A stretch of 64,000 nt of DNA. It comes from a virus (lineage: Duplodnaviria; Caudoviricetes). A model generated the notes under the pieces. That model saw nothing but the letters and a program-made list of their open reading frames with translations. It had not been told where the DNA came from and did not search any database. The position numbers were made by a program, and so were the translations under genes. The stretch is from the IMG/VR virus record IMGVR_UViG_3300034062_005355. One strand, written 5' to 3'. Positions within the stretch are counted from its first letter, which is position 1. Each line of letters begins with the position of its first letter. Shown one piece after another: positions 27,401 through 37,742 of the stretch.

Positions 27401-28828
27401 ACATTTATAGACACTAGAACAAATCCACTTAGTGGTGGTGATACTACAGGTTATTATTTTGGTACAAATAATAACACATTAACTCCTATGGTTTATACAA
27501 ATGGCATTCTTTTACAATCAACAAACAACATAACATTAAATGGATGGAATCACGTTGCGTTGACTAAAGTAAGCGGAACCTTAAATATTTGGATAAATGG
27601 TGTTAATAGTGGTAGTGTCTCAGATGCGTTTACAAATTTGACAAACCAAAGAATACTCATCGGAGGTGCCGCTGCCAACTCGGCAGCATTAACTTTAACA
27701 GGAAACCTTAGTAATATTCGTATTACAAAAGGAGTTGCGGTCTACACGGCAAACTTTACTAAACCAACAACTAACTTTACCGTAACTCAATCAGCAAATG
27801 TTAATGGTAATCCATCGGCAGCAATTACGTCAGGACAAACCCAAGTATTATTAAACACTAATTTTGGTGGTGGATTCTTAACAGATACTTCTACCAATAA
27901 CTTTACTGTAGTAAATAATAACGGAGTGACGAGTTCGACTTTTGAGCCATTTACTCCTATTCCATTCCCAACACCAACTCCAACTAATACTCCTACTAAC
28001 ACCGCAACTCCAACACCAACAACAACCGAGACTCCTACAGAAACTCCAACAAATACTCCTACACCGACAGTAACAGAAACTCCAACAAATACTCCTACAC
28101 CTACTAATACTGAAACACCAACTAATACTCCTACACCAACAAATACTGAAACTCCTACACCAACTATAACTGAAACACCAACTAATACTCCTACACCAAC
28201 TATAACTGAAACACCAACTAATACTCCTACACCAACTATAACTGAAACACCAACTAATACTCCTACACCAACTATAACTGAAACTCCAACAAATACTCCT
28301 ACACCAACTATAACTGAAACTCCTACTGAAACACCAACAAATACTCCAACACCAACAGTAACTCCTACATCGGGAGTAACAGGTGATTTTAATATAACCA
28401 TTTCACAAGTAACAGGCCCTAACGTTGTATGGTCAGGTTCGGGTTCATTTAATTTAAGTGGTTTAACATCTGGTGGAAGTCCAAGTGGTCTTGCAGTGTC
28501 TGAAGTATCAAACGGACTTTGGATAGTAGGACCAACAGGATCTATTAATTTTAATGCATACAATGGTGTGACAACATTCCCATCTAACTTTGGAACAGGA
28601 GGTACATTTTTCCCTGACTCAGGTTCAGGAAGTTTTGGTATAGTATCAAATGAAACAAACAGAACTTTATTAGTACCTACAGGATATGTCTCAGGTGACT
28701 TTATAATTGGTACTTCAACATATGAAGGTGAAACACTTATATCTATGGGATTAAGTGCAGGAGATATATTCACTTGGAGTTGGGGTTCAGGAGAAAATAC
28801 AAGTACAATAGTGATGAGTATCATATAA
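24419..28828 (+). CDS. Large Pro/Thr-repeat fibre/adhesin-like protein with LamG-like domain
   Basis: TPTxT tracts separating globular modules; [10 protein letters not shown]...WNHVALTK...NIWING LamG; duplicated Cys-rich and beta modules. Confidence 0.85.
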   Translation: MSFSRPFTYNPSPNPLINGTEQVGSLAVGTPTSGFTNNPQFWNGPDEALGYVIAYPVSGGTHPTPISGVTAYLGFKGTKNMTNPLSESTFVELVNSSFNQSFTNGDEASYYLLSEGYWTSYPYTPLFSVQFFESGSDVILSYEGRLNLDGLDFVESGSLGFGGGVVPNVGVFLNQDVNGFSAYGGATFNVPTSFGSGEGGVSDLGSGNSFGVFNPYGSYFLLVPTGYTSFEDYIQGSLLFTGQTLTSLGMNTGTYNYSWGGYLGQSFVLTIGGPAPTPTPTGTIAVTPTNTPTPTNTPTGTAAETPTPTPTGTPAETPTGTAAATQTPSVTPTLTQTPTPTDLSAITTYTISGCSSSNVIVADLGPGAFFPGDTFYLDFTGATATECYTIINKINATPTDGGNPISSYPNCADCIDGTTTTYTISGCTTLNVLVADLGPGAFGAGDIFNMTFTGATPSGCYRIVNKIVATPTDTGAPLTFYFNCDDCEASLVTPTPTATPTNTETPTETPTPTVTETPTGTPSVTETPTETPTPTVTETPTGTPAVTPTNTETPTETPTPTVTETPTNTPTETETPTPTPTGTIGATPTETETPTPTPTETPTGTPSVTETPTETPTGTPEVTQTNTPTNTETPTETPTPTPTETPTGTPSVTPTNTTTPTTTPSVCTPTATQNVAGVDGLTGFFFGGFPTPLGIVQVGWYANGPGVLDALVTNIDSVNQNITIAPGNGVFVSGSFYTFCNAPQFPNVTPTSTPTETETPTPTPTNTETPTNTPTETPTNTPTNTPTETPTPTPTETPTETPTETPTETPTETPTNTPTETPTVTETPTGTPTGTPEAETPTPTPTNTETPTNTPTETPTNTPTNTPTETETPTPTPTNTETPTNTPTETETPTETPTNTPTGTPEAETPTPTPTVTETPTNTPTPTVTETPTNTPTNTTTTTPSVTPTNSINGSALFNDTNFLTISGNTGTAMGIGDFTWECWVYPTSSLGFQTFIDTRTNPLSGGDTTGYYFGTNNNTLTPMVYTNGILLQSTNNITLNGWNHVALTKVSGTLNIWINGVNSGSVSDAFTNLTNQRILIGGAAANSAALTLTGNLSNIRITKGVAVYTANFTKPTTNFTVTQSANVNGNPSAAITSGQTQVLLNTNFGGGFLTDTSTNNFTVVNNNGVTSSTFEPFTPIPFPTPTPTNTPTNTATPTPTTTETPTETPTNTPTPTVTETPTNTPTPTNTETPTNTPTPTNTETPTPTITETPTNTPTPTITETPTNTPTPTITETPTNTPTPTITETPTNTPTPTITETPTETPTNTPTPTVTPTSGVTGDFNITISQVTGPNVVWSGSGSFNLSGLTSGGSPSGLAVSEVSNGLWIVGPTGSINFNAYNGVTTFPSNFGTGGTFFPDSGSGSFGIVSNETNRTLLVPTGYVSGDFIIGTSTYEGETLISMGLSAGDIFTWSWGSGENTSTIVMSII

Positions 28829-28859
28829 TAGATATTTATTAATATAAAACCAAGATACT

Positions 28860-29114
28860 ATGAAAAAATTTTTTAGCAACTTATTTAACGACAATAACTC
28901 AATTAATGAAAAGGCGGTTATCGGATTTATGGCATTTACAATGATGTGCATGTTCGCAGTAGTTGACATCATAACAGGCGCAATGAATAAACCACTATTG
29001 ATTAATGAGTTTATTTTTGATTCATTTAAATTTATCACAATTGCTTGTTTTGGTATTGCATCCGTTGATAAGTTCATCAACCTGACAAAAGGTAAAAACG
29101 AAGACGAAGAGTAA
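28860..29114 (+). CDS. Two-TM membrane protein (possible holin)
   Basis: Two hydrophobic helices, charged C-terminus; TATTTAT 28833-28839. Confidence 0.6.
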   Translation: MKKFFSNLFNDNNSINEKAVIGFMAFTMMCMFAVVDIITGAMNKPLLINEFIFDSFKFITIACFGIASVDKFINLTKGKNEDEE

Positions 29115-29173
29115 CTTACTAATCCCCACTCACAAGGTGGGGATTTTTGTTATTATCAAGTATTTATTGAGAT

Positions 29174-30220
29174 ATGAGAGATTTAATTAAAAAAATTTTA
29201 AATGAACAATTGTATGAAAAGTCGGTAATTGCTGAAATGGCAAAGGCGAAAGGTTATTGTGGAAAACATTTTAGTTCAATATCTCCAGAATTACCATTCT
29301 GTAACGCGGCAGAAAATTACATTAAAACTGAAATCGAACAAATTGGTAAAAGAAAATCAAAAGTAATTTTTGACAAATTTAGAAAAGGTCTTGCCAGTTT
29401 TTATGAGAAAATTGAAGACGATGTTTTAGAAATAAAAATTGAAGAACTTACCAATATTCATAATGTTGTGATTGAAGGAAAAAAAGAACTTCAAGACGCC
29501 GAAAATATGTTAAGAGGTAATTGTACAAATATTAATTACGTTGCCAAAAGACAAGTTAACTTATTGAAAGATAAGGCTCAATTATATTTTACAGGTAAAA
29601 ATGGTGAATATAGTTTAACAAACAGATTGGACACCAACTATTCAGCGATTGCTATTTTATTTACAAAATTTTTCTCAAAAAAAGGTGCGTTTGATGGTGT
29701 TGGATATGATAGTAATAATGATTGGGTAAAAATTACAAAAAATTGGATTGAACATTCATTTAATCCATCAATTAACTTTATAGACATTAGACCTGAACAC
29801 GAAAAAAATGATAAATCTGCAGAATTAAGTAGTTTAGAATTTCAAGAATTAGCAAAAATATATTTTAGTAATAGTATTACGTTTGGTTCAAGTGAAATTA
29901 GAAGTATGGTTGATGATGTTCTAACTGATGTTAGAAAGAGAGGTTTTGAAAGTGAAAAACAATTTGAAAAATCTTATTTGGATGACGGAAAAAAAGAATT
30001 TAAACGATACGCTAAAGACTATGGATTTGTTGATAGATTTTTAGGTATTGATTTTATTTATAAAGGAAAAAACTTTTGGATTCCAGTACAAGTTAAATCT
30101 AGCCCGCAAGAAGCGACATATCTGATTAGTAGTTTAGGTTGTAAAACTTATGTAATTGCCGAAAAAACAGGTAAAACTTTTAAAATTAACACATTACATT
30201 CTGATAAATTAAGTGATTAA
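29174..30220 (+). CDS. Protein with C-terminal PD-(D/E)xK-like nuclease motif
   Basis: VDRFLGIDFI...PVQVKS; KKILNEQ N-terminus. Confidence 0.55.
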   Translation: MRDLIKKILNEQLYEKSVIAEMAKAKGYCGKHFSSISPELPFCNAAENYIKTEIEQIGKRKSKVIFDKFRKGLASFYEKIEDDVLEIKIEELTNIHNVVIEGKKELQDAENMLRGNCTNINYVAKRQVNLLKDKAQLYFTGKNGEYSLTNRLDTNYSAIAILFTKFFSKKGAFDGVGYDSNNDWVKITKNWIEHSFNPSINFIDIRPEHEKNDKSAELSSLEFQELAKIYFSNSITFGSSEIRSMVDDVLTDVRKRGFESEKQFEKSYLDDGKKEFKRYAKDYGFVDRFLGIDFIYKGKNFWIPVQVKSSPQEATYLISSLGCKTYVIAEKTGKTFKINTLHSDKLSD

Positions 30221-30249
30221 TTTAAAGAATAATTGCGTATATTTGCGTA

Positions 30250-30483
30250 ATGACAAAACAAGTAAATTCCGATAAACCTACAAGATGGGAGGTTGTATAT
30301 GAAAATGAACAATGTATTTCTATTTGGAAGTATGATTCAAAAATAACAACAAATGGTCCTATATCCGTTGAACATAAATGGAAGAAGGGATTTGATACTC
30401 CTGTATCAACTAAGAAAAAAACTTTAGGTGATTTAGCTAACGACGCTAAAAAAGTGGTAAAATCAAAGAGACCTAAGTCTTGA
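30250..30483 (+). CDS. Hypothetical protein
   Basis: TATATTTG 30238-30245. Confidence 0.7.
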   Translation: MTKQVNSDKPTRWEVVYENEQCISIWKYDSKITTNGPISVEHKWKKGFDTPVSTKKKTLGDLANDAKKVVKSKRPKS

Positions 30484-31104
30484 TTCAATAATCTGTTTTA
30501 ATTTTAATAAGGTTTGTTTGTCTAATGATGAAACAACCTCTGAAGTGTTTTCAAGAACAAGTCGGTCTAATAATGATTCTTTGATTTTGTTATCGTTAAC
30601 TTCATATACCCTATCAAAAGTATGCTCACTTTCCTCAAAATTATCGTAAGAGGTTTCACGACGATTACGACCATCGTATAAATCCCAATTACCCTCTTCT
30701 CTCTGTTGGTTTGCAGAATCAATAACCCAGTCCTCATCGTAAGAATCAAAAGATTGTGTAAGATATTCTTCATATGAACAAGTACCCCAAACACTGTAGT
30801 CTAAATTATAAGTTTTTGCAACAGGTATTATAAGGTCTTCATATGATAATATATCACTTTTTTCCATAATTTTGGCAAGAATACCGTCGTTAATGTAAAG
30901 GAATTTTGCAAAGAATTGAACGTCTTCATCAACAACATTCATATTAAAATATTTTCCAATATTTTCTAATTCACTAAAATGTTCGCCGTAATCGTTATCA
31001 TTATATGGGTTATCTGTTGGGAATCCAGCATCAATTAACTTTTCCGCAATGAAGAATAATTGTTTTTTTGATACTTTTGAAAATTGACTTTGTTCTGTTG
31101 CCAT
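30463..31104 (-). CDS. Hypothetical acidic protein
   Basis: Start re-called MATEQS after TATTTAT (minus) 31109-31115. Confidence 0.8.
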   Translation of the reverse strand: MATEQSQFSKVSKKQLFFIAEKLIDAGFPTDNPYNDNDYGEHFSELENIGKYFNMNVVDEDVQFFAKFLYINDGILAKIMEKSDILSYEDLIIPVAKTYNLDYSVWGTCSYEEYLTQSFDSYDEDWVIDSANQQREEGNWDLYDGRNRRETSYDNFEESEHTFDRVYEVNDNKIKESLLDRLVLENTSEVVSSLDKQTLLKLKQIIESRLRSL

Positions 31105-31150
31105 GTTAATAAATATAAAAAAAAGGTGATAATCTCTTATCACCTTTAAT

Positions 31151-31498
31151 TTATTTTTCTTCAGTTTCCCAACCTTCTTCATCATACCAATATTCAACGC
31201 AAGGATATTCTCTACCTTTATCGTCAATATGACACCAATGAGTTTTTTCTTCGTCTAACCATTTCCAATCTTTCCCTTCCTCACCTTCAGGTAAATCAGG
31301 ATTATCTAATGGTGGATGATATGAATTGACATCAACATATCTGTAATTACAAGAACATCCACGATGAACACAATCATCACAATAATTAGGATTACCCCCA
31401 CCTGAATAACCAGGACCATAAGTCCAAACAGCTACTTTTCCGCAATCACATAATTCTTTAAACATATTCAATCTCTTTTGTTTCAGGGTTATACTCAA
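31151..31498 (-). CDS. Cys-rich hypothetical protein
   Basis: CDCG...CDDCVHRGCSC. Confidence 0.75.
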   Translation of the reverse strand: MSITLKQKRLNMFKELCDCGKVAVWTYGPGYSGGGNPNYCDDCVHRGCSCNYRYVDVNSYHPPLDNPDLPEGEEGKDWKWLDEEKTHWCHIDDKGREYPCVEYWYDEEGWETEEK

Positions 31499-32132
31499 TT
31501 ACGATTGGTTTGTTCTCATATTGGTATCTCTCATTCAAAACACTTGCATTTAAGTATTCTGTACCATGAAACGATTTTTGACCATAAGCCCAATGGATGT
31601 GACCACAAACATGGATTTTTGGTTTAACTTGTAAGATTCTATTAAACAAATCTTGACACCCCACATTTAATCCTTGAATTGTGTGGTCAACCATTCCGTA
31701 AGCAGGACCATGAGTAACCAAGATATCAAGACCTTCAGGTATTTTTTCCCACTTCTCAGCGAGTTTCTCCCCTCTAGGTAGGTTGAATGCCCAATTATAA
31801 AATTCAGGTTGCCATGGACTTCCGTAGATTTTTACACCGTCAATTTCAACCATCTTGTCAAAAAGATAATGAACACCTTTTTCTTTATACTCAGGAGCAA
31901 TGTCGTGGTTGGTTTCAAATCCCCAATCGTGATTACCGGCAATGAATACTTTATGTTTGAATGGTGTGTTAGAGAACCAATCCAAGAATTGTTTGATTTC
32001 GTGGGTTTTACCAACATTAGTGCAATCGCCCGCATGAATTAAGACATCACCTTCACCCAAGATATTATTAAATCCCTTGCTTGTCAAAACTTCGTGTTTT
32101 CCGTGTGTGTCGCTGATAAATACAATTTTCAT
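31458..32132 (-). CDS. Calcineurin-like metallophosphoesterase
   Basis: SDTH, HAGD, IAGNHD, THGP, CGHIH. Confidence 0.95.
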   Translation of the reverse strand: MKIVFISDTHGKHEVLTSKGFNNILGEGDVLIHAGDCTNVGKTHEIKQFLDWFSNTPFKHKVFIAGNHDWGFETNHDIAPEYKEKGVHYLFDKMVEIDGVKIYGSPWQPEFYNWAFNLPRGEKLAEKWEKIPEGLDILVTHGPAYGMVDHTIQGLNVGCQDLFNRILQVKPKIHVCGHIHWAYGQKSFHGTEYLNASVLNERYQYENKPIVIEYNPETKEIEYV

Positions 32133-32155
32133 AATACAAATATACTAATAATTTA

Positions 32156-32755
32156 CTAATCCCACCATCCTCTTAACCCTGATCCGTCAAATTGTTCGTC
32201 CCAATCAATCTCTTTGTCAAATTTGGTATAATCTTGTCCTTTTAAAATTACGAATAATTCACTCCACTCTTTTTCCTGAATTTCATTAGATCTATCAAAT
32301 ATTTTACGATTGTGAATTCTTTCTTCGTCAGTATCGTTATCCACCAATTGAGAAAATCCTGGTTTATCTGGAACATCTTCAAATTCCCAATCATTAAAAA
32401 TTAAATCTCCCAATTCTTTTTCAGCCATAGCAAGATAATTATCTTCTCGACAATTTTTAAGTATTTCAATTGCTCGACGCATTGCCTGAACCTTTTTAAG
32501 ACGGGTCTTATCAATCTCATTACCATGTTTTTCAATATTACCCACCATATTAGTGTATGATGTTTCCATAAACTCTAATGACCCATTGTAGTCAAACCAA
32601 TAGTGATTCCATAAAGGTTTTCTAAACCTCCAAATGTTTTTAAAAAATCGTGGTAAGTCATAACGAAATAAGTCGTATGTCTTATACCACCAAGTGTTGT
32701 GTCTAATCATAGTTTTGAGACTATCTCCAAAACTATCCGCAAATTTTATTTCCAT
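32156..32755 (-). CDS. Hypothetical protein
   Basis: ORF track; GLRGWWD end. Confidence 0.8.
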   Translation of the reverse strand: MEIKFADSFGDSLKTMIRHNTWWYKTYDLFRYDLPRFFKNIWRFRKPLWNHYWFDYNGSLEFMETSYTNMVGNIEKHGNEIDKTRLKKVQAMRRAIEILKNCREDNYLAMAEKELGDLIFNDWEFEDVPDKPGFSQLVDNDTDEERIHNRKIFDRSNEIQEKEWSELFVILKGQDYTKFDKEIDWDEQFDGSGLRGWWD

Positions 32756-32756
32756 A

Positions 32757-33008
32757 TTATTCGGGTTTTTGTGTTAATTCTTCAGAGTTGAATTTTTTGT
32801 CTAATCTTGTATAAAATTTTTGATCAAGAGTATCTCTCAACCTTCTGCTGAGTTGAAAATTAAGTTTTATATCAATTTCACGATATTGTAGTTCAAATTG
32901 ATAAATCAATTTTCTAGCAGTTCCTTCTTGTAATGGTGTCTCACATGAATTGATAACTTTTTCAATCCAATTTACAACGTCTCCATAATGTTTACTTGTT
33001 GATGCCAT
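32757..33008 (-). CDS. Hypothetical protein
   Basis: Promoter caaatata 33028-33035. Confidence 0.75.
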   Translation of the reverse strand: MASTSKHYGDVVNWIEKVINSCETPLQEGTARKLIYQFELQYREIDIKLNFQLSRRLRDTLDQKFYTRLDKKFNSEELTQKPE

Positions 33009-33096
33009 TTTATTTTAATTTAGAATACAAATATAGTAAAAAAATAAGACCCGTCAAAATAAATTTACGGGTCTTTTAAAATAAAAATTAAATTAT

Positions 33097-33516
33097 TTAA
33101 GAGAAATGATGTTTTACTCTATCTAATAATTTTTCGTTGAACTTTATTCCGTGTCTATTTTTAAATTGTTTTAATAATGTTTTAATTGATTCGATTTTAC
33201 CTGATTTAGATAATAAAATATAAGCACCTAAGTCAGCGTCTATTTCATCATCCTCACTTCTTGGACCATCATGACCCATTATAATATGAGATATTTCATG
33301 TGCCTCAATAAATTTTAACACTTCGGCACCTAATCCATTTACTAACTGTTCTCCATCAATAAGAACCAAATTTTGACCTGGAATCATAAAACCATACCCA
33401 TACTCTTCAAAATAGTCTTTTAACTCCTCATATTGAGGATTTTCCTCAAATATTACAGCAATTTGTACACTTGGTAGGAATTCGCTATTGTATATTATTG
33501 GGTTTGATTCTTCCAT
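33097..33516 (-). CDS. HExxH zinc metallopeptidase-like protein
   Basis: AHEISHIIMGH...EIDAD. Confidence 0.7.
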   Translation of the reverse strand: MEESNPIIYNSEFLPSVQIAVIFEENPQYEELKDYFEEYGYGFMIPGQNLVLIDGEQLVNGLGAEVLKFIEAHEISHIIMGHDGPRSEDDEIDADLGAYILLSKSGKIESIKTLLKQFKNRHGIKFNEKLLDRVKHHFS

Positions 33517-34373
33517 TATGATAATAATTTATAATATTCGTTAAAATGTTTAATTCTGTCAGCCAAACCTATTGTGCCGCCATTAACTCTTTTAGTTACA
33601 GCAGTTACTGTTGCGTTATCAGATCCTCTATCACAAATTGCCCACAATTTATTGGAATCAAAGAAAAATGCGGCAGATGCTAAAGGATATTTGGTTGCGA
33701 CTAAATCAGGGTTGGAAACAGTATCTTCACCGATGAACCTCGCAAATCTACTGTAATTATCTTTACCAGTCAACTGTATAAAACCCCTACCTCTAAATTT
33801 AAAACCATCCCCTGTTGATTCGGGACCATTACCCATTCTACCACCATAAACTTTACTTGCGATTTTTTGTGGTTGACGTGCGTATGATTCTGCCAAATTA
33901 CCTGGAAAATATTTTCCAAAAATACTCTTAAGACCTGATGCGGAATAATTAACATTTTCGGTAACAGCTTTAAATCCACCTGATTCGTGACCACACTGTG
34001 CTAAAAAATGAGCCAATCTTAAATTATTTGTTATATTAAATTTTGATGCGGTTTCAGGTATTTGTAAAATAACTGAATCGGGTATATGACCTTTTAATTT
34101 ATCAATTTTTAACCCATTAACAGGTAAAATATTAGAGGTTGTTGGAGTTATGATTTTATCTTCTTTAATAATTTCATTACCAAACATTTTGTTCCAAGTT
34201 TCATCACCAACAATACCATCGGCACCTAATCCATTTTTGGATTGCCATTTTTTAACCGCAGCTGAAGTTCCAGGACCGAAGATACCATCAGGTTCTAAAC
34301 CTGCTTTTGTTAAACCCAACTTTGTTTGGAGTTTTTTTACGTCTTCTCCTTTAGACCCAATTTTTAGTAACAT
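33516..34373 (-). CDS. Modular endolysin: peptidoglycan-binding domain + GH19 catalytic domain
   Basis: DGIFGPGT/DGIVGDETW; HFLAQCGHESGGF, FRGRGFIQLTG, VTKRVNGGTIGL. Confidence 0.93.
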   Translation of the reverse strand: MLLKIGSKGEDVKKLQTKLGLTKAGLEPDGIFGPGTSAAVKKWQSKNGLGADGIVGDETWNKMFGNEIIKEDKIITPTTSNILPVNGLKIDKLKGHIPDSVILQIPETASKFNITNNLRLAHFLAQCGHESGGFKAVTENVNYSASGLKSIFGKYFPGNLAESYARQPQKIASKVYGGRMGNGPESTGDGFKFRGRGFIQLTGKDNYSRFARFIGEDTVSNPDLVATKYPLASAAFFFDSNKLWAICDRGSDNATVTAVTKRVNGGTIGLADRIKHFNEYYKLLS

Positions 34374-34447
34374 ATTTATTATTTTTTAAATAAATATATT
34401 TCAAGTATTGATTTTAAAGTATTTATCTATACCAAGATACTATTAAA

Positions 34448-34945
34448 ATGAAAAATTTATTCGTTTTGATGCTAATTATGCTATTATCATCATTTAATCA
34501 CCAAGACCCACCCAAAAAAGTTTTTATTCAATCAGTTAATAATAAGATTGAAGTTGGAACTTTGGCAAATAACAGAAATTTGTCCTTTGGGTTTAAAAAC
34601 ATTCTTTTAGAAAACTTACAAGAATTAAATTACGATGTTGTTTCGTCTGCAGAAGATGCTGATTACACCATCAAAGTTGAATTATTGTATTTTGACGTGT
34701 TGGAAACAAATTCCGGATTCTCAGTTTTTCACAAAAGTGAAAATGAAACTGTATTAAGAATTAGAGGTTATTTGTATAACAAAGACGGCAAAAAACTAAA
34801 AGAATTTGTTTCCGTTGGAAAATCATCTGAGATTTCCATGTCAACACTTATAATATCTGAAGGCGGAGGTATCAACCAGACCTCAGTTTCTAATGTTATA
34901 AAAAAGTCCTCTGAGACATTAATCCTTAATCTATTTAAAAAATGA
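34448..34945 (+). CDS. Exported CsgG/LptE-like alpha/beta protein
   Basis: Signal peptide; C-terminal pattern resembling 37732-38496; TATTTAT 34420-34426. Confidence 0.55.
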   Translation: MKNLFVLMLIMLLSSFNHQDPPKKVFIQSVNNKIEVGTLANNRNLSFGFKNILLENLQELNYDVVSSAEDADYTIKVELLYFDVLETNSGFSVFHKSENETVLRIRGYLYNKDGKKLKEFVSVGKSSEISMSTLIISEGGGINQTSVSNVIKKSSETLILNLFKK

Positions 34946-36843
34946 AAAAAATCATTTCGGTTATATCCATCTTACTATTAGGTATGGTTGGATATGCACA
35001 AACACCCGAAATAGGACATTTTGAACAACTAAAAACGGTAAGAAGAGGGGACACAATTGATGTTGCATGGTATTACAAACCAGCTTCAGGGGTTGATGTC
35101 AGAACTTTTCAAGTTGATTTTCAGTTTAAGAAAACCCTATTTACTCACATTTCTTCTAATGTTGATGCTGTTTACTCAAACAACTCACCAACATTAAATT
35201 ATCAGGAATGGAAAAATTACAAGTATGGTTCTTACTCGTCAGCAGCAGGAACATACAATTACACATCGGATACAAACTGGACGGTGGGTCGTAACTACTT
35301 AATCTTTGCGTTAGGTAGTTCATCTACATTCTCATCAAACGGTTATATTATCCATAACAAATTCATCATCAATGATGTTCAACCAAATTACGTATCAGAT
35401 TCAATTATTGTGAATTGGTCAAGAATGTTTAGAGTGAATGGAACCACGATAGGAGATAATGTTGCAACTCTATCACACCAAAAACAAGCAATTAAATTGT
35501 TGGGTAATTTAACAATTTCAGGTAAAGTTTGGTTTCCATCAACAATAACTGCGGGTCTACTTCCCACAATTTATTGTTATGAAAACAACACAGGTGTTTT
35601 AGTTTCACAAACAAAACCAACTATTAATGGTAATTACACTTTAATTAATATTGATGAAAAAACTAAATATAAAATTGAAGTTAGGTTTCCTCAAGATAGT
35701 TTAGAAAAAATGAGGGATTATGCTGTAACCATTTCAGATGCTATCAAGGCATATAATGAATATGTTAATACAGATGTTAATCAAAACTATGGTCGGGCTT
35801 ACTTAAAACATGGTTTAGGTTTATTGATTAGTGATATCAATTTAAACTCTAAATTTGATGGTGGAGATCCTTATGGGATTTACGCATCAGTTTCTGGTTT
35901 AAGACCAATTGACCCTTCAAAATTAATAAATGTATTTAGCAAAGGTGAATATGATTCTCTTGTATTAGGAGGTAACCAATGGGTTGATTGGACTGCTTAC
36001 TCTGACAGAGGAAAATTCATTTATGATAGTGTTGGAACAAATAATCTAACATTAGATGTTAAATATTTTATATTGGGTGACGTTGATAGAACACACTCAT
36101 CACCGGTATTTAACGGAACGAGTGAAGTATTTGCTGCGATTTACAAAGGACAATATAATGTTGAAATTCCAAACGCATATTCTGTTGGACAACCGATGTA
36201 TTTACCATTTAACATAAACACAAATGGTGATTATAACAATGGATTACAATTTGAAGTTAAGTATGATGTGAGTAAAGTTAATTTTGAAGAAATAATATCT
36301 AATTTACAAGGTCCGTGGTTACAATATGTTACACATGATAATGTGAATGGTATTGTTAGATTCGGAGCGATGAACAATCAAAAAAAAGGGTCACTACAAG
36401 GTGTAGTGACCCCTTTCAATCTTAAATTTTCAGCCAAAGTCTCAACAAACGACATAACAACTGATGTTGTCGTGAGAGAATTAATGGATGCTTCAGATAA
36501 AGAAGGAGACCATTTTAATATCGTGTTAAAATCACAAAGAGTTGTGATGATGTATAAAACACGAACAATAAATAACATAACAGAGCCAATCGTAAATCTT
36601 TACCCTAATCCAAATAATGGTGAATTTAAACTTGATTTTGAATTACCACCTAATACAAATGTGAATACATCTATTTATGATTATCAAGGTAAACTAATAA
36701 TAAATTTGGGAAATATTGAATCAGGTTTTAATACAGCAAAAACAACAAAATCAGTTGAAGAACCTCAATTACCTCAAGGAAACTATTTATTAGTGGTATC
36801 AGGAGACGATAAACAAATAAATAAACCTTTTATTAAATTCTAA
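34942..36843 (+). CDS. T9SS-sorted protein with cohesin-like and dockerin-like domains
   Basis: Signal peptide; SDINLNSKFDGGD Ca loop; GLQFEVKYD...GIVRFG cohesin-like; LYPNP...IYDYQGKLI...LPQGNYLL...KPFIKF T9SS CTD. Confidence 0.8.
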   Translation: MKKIISVISILLLGMVGYAQTPEIGHFEQLKTVRRGDTIDVAWYYKPASGVDVRTFQVDFQFKKTLFTHISSNVDAVYSNNSPTLNYQEWKNYKYGSYSSAAGTYNYTSDTNWTVGRNYLIFALGSSSTFSSNGYIIHNKFIINDVQPNYVSDSIIVNWSRMFRVNGTTIGDNVATLSHQKQAIKLLGNLTISGKVWFPSTITAGLLPTIYCYENNTGVLVSQTKPTINGNYTLINIDEKTKYKIEVRFPQDSLEKMRDYAVTISDAIKAYNEYVNTDVNQNYGRAYLKHGLGLLISDINLNSKFDGGDPYGIYASVSGLRPIDPSKLINVFSKGEYDSLVLGGNQWVDWTAYSDRGKFIYDSVGTNNLTLDVKYFILGDVDRTHSSPVFNGTSEVFAAIYKGQYNVEIPNAYSVGQPMYLPFNINTNGDYNNGLQFEVKYDVSKVNFEEIISNLQGPWLQYVTHDNVNGIVRFGAMNNQKKGSLQGVVTPFNLKFSAKVSTNDITTDVVVRELMDASDKEGDHFNIVLKSQRVVMMYKTRTINNITEPIVNLYPNPNNGEFKLDFELPPNTNVNTSIYDYQGKLIINLGNIESGFNTAKTTKSVEEPQLPQGNYLLVVSGDDKQINKPFIKF

Positions 36844-36849
36844 AAAAAA

Positions 36850-37176
36850 ATGTCAGAAGAACAAAACGTAGAGACAAATGACGGAACATGGTCAGGTCTT
36901 AAAAAAACAATTATTGCAACATTAACAACTGTTATTACCGGAGGTGGAGTATGGTTAAGTACTACTTTATTTAGTGGTCAAGAAGAACCACAAGTACAAC
37001 AACCAGTTCAACAAGTGGCACCCGTGATTAACATTAACAACACCCAGCAGCAACAATCTGGTGGTGAAAAAACAATCATCATAAAAGAAAAAGCGCCAGC
37101 GGCTGCACCTGCTAAAAAATCAGAAGAACCAGTTAAACCTAAAAAAGAATTCACAGAAGAAGAACCAAAATGGTAA
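36850..37176 (+). CDS. Single-TM protein with Gln/Pro-rich tail
   Basis: Composition; operonic. Confidence 0.75.
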   Translation: MSEEQNVETNDGTWSGLKKTIIATLTTVITGGGVWLSTTLFSGQEEPQVQQPVQQVAPVININNTQQQQSGGEKTIIIKEKAPAAAPAKKSEEPVKPKKEFTEEEPKW

Positions 37177-37742
37177 CTAATCAACAACCAACAGGATTTA
37201 AAGAACTTTTAAGTGCGATGATGAAACGAAGATGGTTTATCACCGCAATCGTACTTGGTGGTTTTATGATTATCATATTTGGCATTTTTTTGGCAATTAT
37301 GGGTAAAACCCCAATGTCCTCTGAATGGAAAGAGTTACTTCTTTTATTGTTAGGTGCATTTATTGGTTCTTATGGTAAAATCATTGACTATTGGTTCAGT
37401 GATACCGACAAAGATAAAATGCTAGTCCAGAAAATGGATGAGGAGGACGGTGTATCGTTATCAAATACTACAGACATACCAAACAACCCAATCGTTCCTA
37501 TGAGTATGGTACCATTAGTTTTACCAACAAGTGAGAAAGTTGAACAACCTGTCCAAGCTAAAGTAGGTGTTGAAATCGATGAAGATGGTGATGGTGTAAT
37601 GGATGGTTTAGATTTCGATGGTGATGGTAAAATTGATGAATATTTTTCACATAGAAATTGTCAGCATGTTTGGGGTGATTCAGATGGTGACGGTGATGAA
37701 GAATGTCTTATTTGTGGATTAATTAAACCAATTGAAGAATAA
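37170..37742 (+). CDS. Two-TM protein with DxDGDG Ca-binding repeats
   Basis: DEDGDG, DFDGDG, DSDGDG. Confidence 0.75.
   Translation: MVTNQQPTGFKELLSAMMKRRWFITAIVLGGFMIIIFGIFLAIMGKTPMSSEWKELLLLLLGAFIGSYGKIIDYWFSDTDKDKMLVQKMDEEDGVSLSNTTDIPNNPIVPMSMVPLVLPTSEKVEQPVQAKVGVEIDEDGDGVMDGLDFDGDGKIDEYFSHRNCQHVWGDSDGDGDEECLICGLIKPIEE

Noticed and set aside
25214-28824. Long antisense and alternate-frame ORFs (e.g. 26647-27327, 27787-28824)
   Set aside because: Shadows of the Pro/Thr repeat codons of the 1469-aa gene.
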